64,000 bases of DNA, from NCBI RefSeq assembly GCF_963921235.1, contig NC_086097.1, positions 1,240,001 to 1,304,000 of the forward strand, written 5' to 3'. A model generated the notes under the pieces. It was not told the origin of the DNA. It saw only the letters and a list, made by a program, of their open reading frames with translations, and ran no database searches. Origin of the DNA: Mobula hypostoma. Taxonomy: Eukaryota. Below are positions 60,359-64,000 of this stretch, one piece after another (within the stretch, counting starts at the first letter, position 1; each line of letters starts with the position of its first letter). The translations under genes and the position numbers were made by a program.

Positions 60359-63300
60359 CTGAGAAAGGAGGAGAGAAAGAGGCAAGTTTAGAGGGTCATT
60401 ATTGCAGTAACTAACCACAGTTAGCAAAAGAGCATTAACCACAGGTGAACTCCTGTGGTCTTCGATGGGAAAGGGCCATCTCTGATGGTACACACCCAAT
60501 GCCCAGTTGTGCTTTTAGCAGTGTCTGCATGGAGCACCTTTATTTACAGAGCTCCAGTAAACCTCCAACTCCACACAGGTTTAAAGCAGATGTAGAGAAA
60601 CATTGAGCCAAATCATCAGCGACATGGTTGTCACATGTAAACTCCAACTGAAGAACCCTTTGGTAATCGCCCATCAGTGATGGTAATTCCCCGGAGTTGC
60701 CTCCCCTTGACAGGGGCTTTCACATTCACTTTCATGAAGAAACATTAAAGCAAGCATCCTAGCGTGAGACTTGTAATACAAACCTTTCTAAACCACACAC
60801 AACATTTAAAGCAACACACACAAAATGCTGCAGGAACTCAGCAGGCCAGGCAGCGTCTATGGAAAAACGTACAGACAATGTTTTGGGCAGAGATGCTTCA
60901 GTCCTGCCGAAGGGTCTCAGCCCGAAATGTCAACCGTACTTTTTTCCATAGATGCTGCCCAGCCTGCTAAGTTCCTCCAGCATTTTGTGTGTGTTGCTTG
61001 GATTTCCAGCATCTGTAGATTTTCTCTTGTTCACAACAGTTAAAAGCACTTTCCTCTGACACAGACAGTCCAACACACAAAGGCCTGCTCCTTGCAGTCT
61101 GGTCGCATGCAGCCAACAGCGTATGGTAGCACAGAGCAATAAATACCCCTGTTTAGTATCTAACCCTTGCAAACAGAGACTAAGGTCTTCAAACTCAGCT
61201 TCTAGAAAGAAAACCCTCATCCAGTTATTAGCAGCAGAGGCGCAATGCTGTGTTACACTAAGCCATTAGGCAGTCTGGCAATGTACCAACGTGCTGTCCA
61301 CGGAGTAGTGCGATGCGTTGCGATTCTCCACACGCTGAATTCCTGACCTCAAGTAACCATGAAAGGCAAGGACACCGACTAGAGAGAGGGAAAATCGAGG
61401 AAGTCAGCTCAGGCCGCTCTTGTGGTTCTTCTAGCACCCAGTTACAAAGTGGATGGAACTGTTCTAATGAGAAAGAATAATCTGTTATACTGAGTCCCAG
61501 AGATGGGACTTCCACTACACCAATTAACCACAAGAAGCACTGCAGAGACCAAGTGCGGGTGGCCTGCCTGCCCACCCCCTCAGCCAAAGAACGGAGCTGG
61601 GAAAGGGGCAAAGGAGATCAAAGAAGGGTAAGATATGGTGGGCTACTTCATCTTAGCAAGCTAGCCAACAGCAGTTGTTGTTAGTCTGCTCTATTTTACA
61701 GTACTCACAACAGGGACTGTTCCCACAGTCCAGTGACCATATGGTCAATGCTGTTCCATATCAGGGCACTCGCCTGATGTTACAGCAGGGATTCTACCCC
61801 CCACCCCCCGAGCTAGATCCAGCAATGGTCAGTCGTGTCCACCACATCCACAATGCACTCTGCATCCATCAGTCACATTGGTGCCAGTGAAGAGTGCTGT
61901 TAAATGGGTGCATGCAGACCACACTCACAGAGCTAAGCATTAGTGAGACACATCCAGCCACACAGCTTTACCACAACTTAGTAAATTAACTTTCATTCCA
62001 TCAACATCCACAAAATAAAGGTCTAACTAATTTCATATAGTGGAGCATCCGATGAACGAAAAGTTCCCCTCACACTGACCTAATGAGTGTATCAAGGCAT
62101 CACATTTTAAATTCTGTGCATCTAAATGAAAGATCAGACCCCTTTAAATCCCAGCAGTGAGTAGAAGGGCCCCAAAAACAGGGGTTAAAATCCAAGGGGG
62201 ATCTGGTGTGATCTGCTGACAGCTGATCTTGTCACACATGACACTGAGCCAAGACCGAGGGAGAAAGTCCAAATCCAGTCTGTAGTGAGAACATCAGCCT
62301 CAGTATATATGGGCTCGTCAGGGTTGGAGCTGGAGTGGGAAGTGTCCACCCATCCCTGGATCAAGCTGACGTCTCTGATGTGCCTCTCAGTTCAAGCCTG
62401 CCTCATGCCAGGAGACAAGGCTGGAGCAGAGACCCTGCTGGCACCTGTGGAACGGCGGAGCAGAAATAATTCCAGGATCAGAACTGACCTGTATACTCCC
62501 CTTCTCATCTACTGTCTCTGATCCCTGAAACTGAACGATTGATGGAACTTGCATGAACAGATACTGTCAAGAGAGTATTGCAGAGTAACAAATTTGATTG
62601 CTGAAGGCAACTTCTAAACTGATAAACCCTTTCAGCACTGTTCAGCATCACCTGGGTGTGGCTCTAAAATTTTAAAGCTTACATCAAGATCAATTTCTTC
62701 AGGGAAATAGTGAGTTTTCAGTTTAAGGATTGTCCGCACTGTCCTGATTATACAATGCCCATCATACTGAGGTACCCGTTACATTTTCATGTAACACTTC
62801 TGAGGACCAGAAGAAAGAAGGCTGGCCCTTGCCTCTCAAGCCTGATCCACCATTCATACAACCTCCACTGATCATCACCTCAATTCTACTTTGCTGAGGA
62901 TTATTTTTGCATAATGTGTTCATCCCTATCCAGTGAACTAACTTCCATGCTCTCTAGGACAGAGAATTCCAAGATTCACATCTCTTGAGTAGAGATTACT
63001 CTGCATCATCATCTTAAAAGGCTGACTCCTTGTTCTGAAAACATGACTCCCGGTTCCAGAATCTCTCATCATCATCATCTCAGGAACTAACCTGTCAATA
63101 CCCTACAGCAACTCGTCTTGCAATATCATAATTTCTCATTGTACAAACTCCAGAACATTAACATAATGTTCCCTCCCTGTAATGTCTTCAGACTTTCATG
63201 GTATAAAGCTGGTGGGAGTGTCAGCTGTGAGGTAAATACAGAGGCTTGGGGAAATACAGATGGCTATCATGATAGGCAAGGCCTGAGCAGATGGAATATA

Positions 63301-63504
63301 ATCCAGAAAAAGTTGTAAAGTCACCCATTTTGGGGAAAATAGAAAGAAAGAATATATTTTAAATGGTGAGACAAAAAACTATTGAATTAATGGAATCTGT
63401 GTGTTCTTTTACAAAAAATCACTTACAAGCTATACAGGAACAGCACAACTGGGAAGTGACAGGCAGGGTTGTCTTTTATTTCAGGAGTAAAGATGAGGGG
63501 AGAA

Positions 63505-64000
63505 CACGTTGGACCTTGTTTACACAAACATTCCCAACGCATACCGGGCGGAGCCCCGACCCCACCTCGGTTACTCAGACCACATCTCTGTTATGCTAAT
63601 CCCAGCATACAGACCGCTCGTCAGACGCTCCAGACCAGTTCAGAAGCAGGTGAAAACCCGGCCAGCGGGAGCCATCTCTGCTCTTCAAGACTGCTTTGAG
63701 CACACTGACTGGCACATGTTCAGGGAGGCTGCAACCGATGGCGACTTTACCAACTTAGAGGAGTACACGGCATCAGTGACTAGCTACATCAGCAAGTGCA
63801 TCGATGATGTCACTGTGTCCAAACCATCACTACACGCGCTAACCAGAAGCCATGGATAACCGTGCGCTGCTGAGGACCCGTGACTCCGCCTTCAGAACAG
63901 GCAACAAGGCAGCCCTAACAACAGCGAGGGCCAAACTCTCCCGTGCCATCAGAGAGGCAAAGCGTGCACACGCCCAGCGAATCCACAGCCACTTCCAGGA
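63505..64000 (+). mobile_element. Rex1/Babar-like LINE, APE end and linker (runs off window edge)
   Basis: [34 protein letters not shown]...[10 protein letters not shown]...YISKCIDDV. Confidence 0.85.

Noticed and set aside
60359..64000. Search for the next upstream FLVCR2 exon (expected AGRIGL...WLD motif)
   Set aside because: No such motif or convincing exon was seen; it probably lies outside the window.
1..64000. Prokaryotic or viral systems (CRISPR array, retron/DGR-type RT operon, endogenous virus with env)
   Set aside because: There is no regularly spaced repeat-spacer array or operon structure. All RTs are CR1, Rex1-like or Gypsy type, and the LTR element has no room for env.

Overview
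Eukaryotic (vertebrate) genomic DNA, mostly transposable-element derived. The repeat landscape (many CR1 LINE families with SGNH-esterase ORF1, Rex1-like LINEs, Penelope-like elements, L1, Tigger) suggests a cartilaginous fish, probably a ray; this is inference only. The window lies inside one minus-strand host gene, an FLVCR2 (SLC49A2/MFSD7C) MFS transporter orthologue. Four GT-AG coding exons can be read and spliced in frame: 60248-60358, 42085-42190, 40653-40764 and 11993-12051. The introns between them are 18.1, 1.3 and 28.6 kb and are filled with nested TEs. Most entries in the ORF track are TE fragments or their antisense shadows. Points of interest: (1) a full-length, recent CsRn1/Kabuki-type Ty3/Gypsy element (19829-24173) with a tRNA-Trp PBS, a CHCC Gag and a clear -1 frameshift signal; (2) Penelope-derived repeats carrying minimal hammerhead-ribozyme motifs, one with an intact core on the FLVCR2 sense strand; (3) two inverted Tigger deletion derivatives whose internal ~220-bp palindrome has its loop flipped between copies; (4) an L1 broken up over ~10.5 kb by later insertions; (5) an unclassified ~650-bp non-autonomous retroposon. 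I found no convincing wholly new multi-gene system. Exon, LTR, PBS, frameshift, MITE and Tigger coordinates were read base by base; other TE boundaries are approximate.
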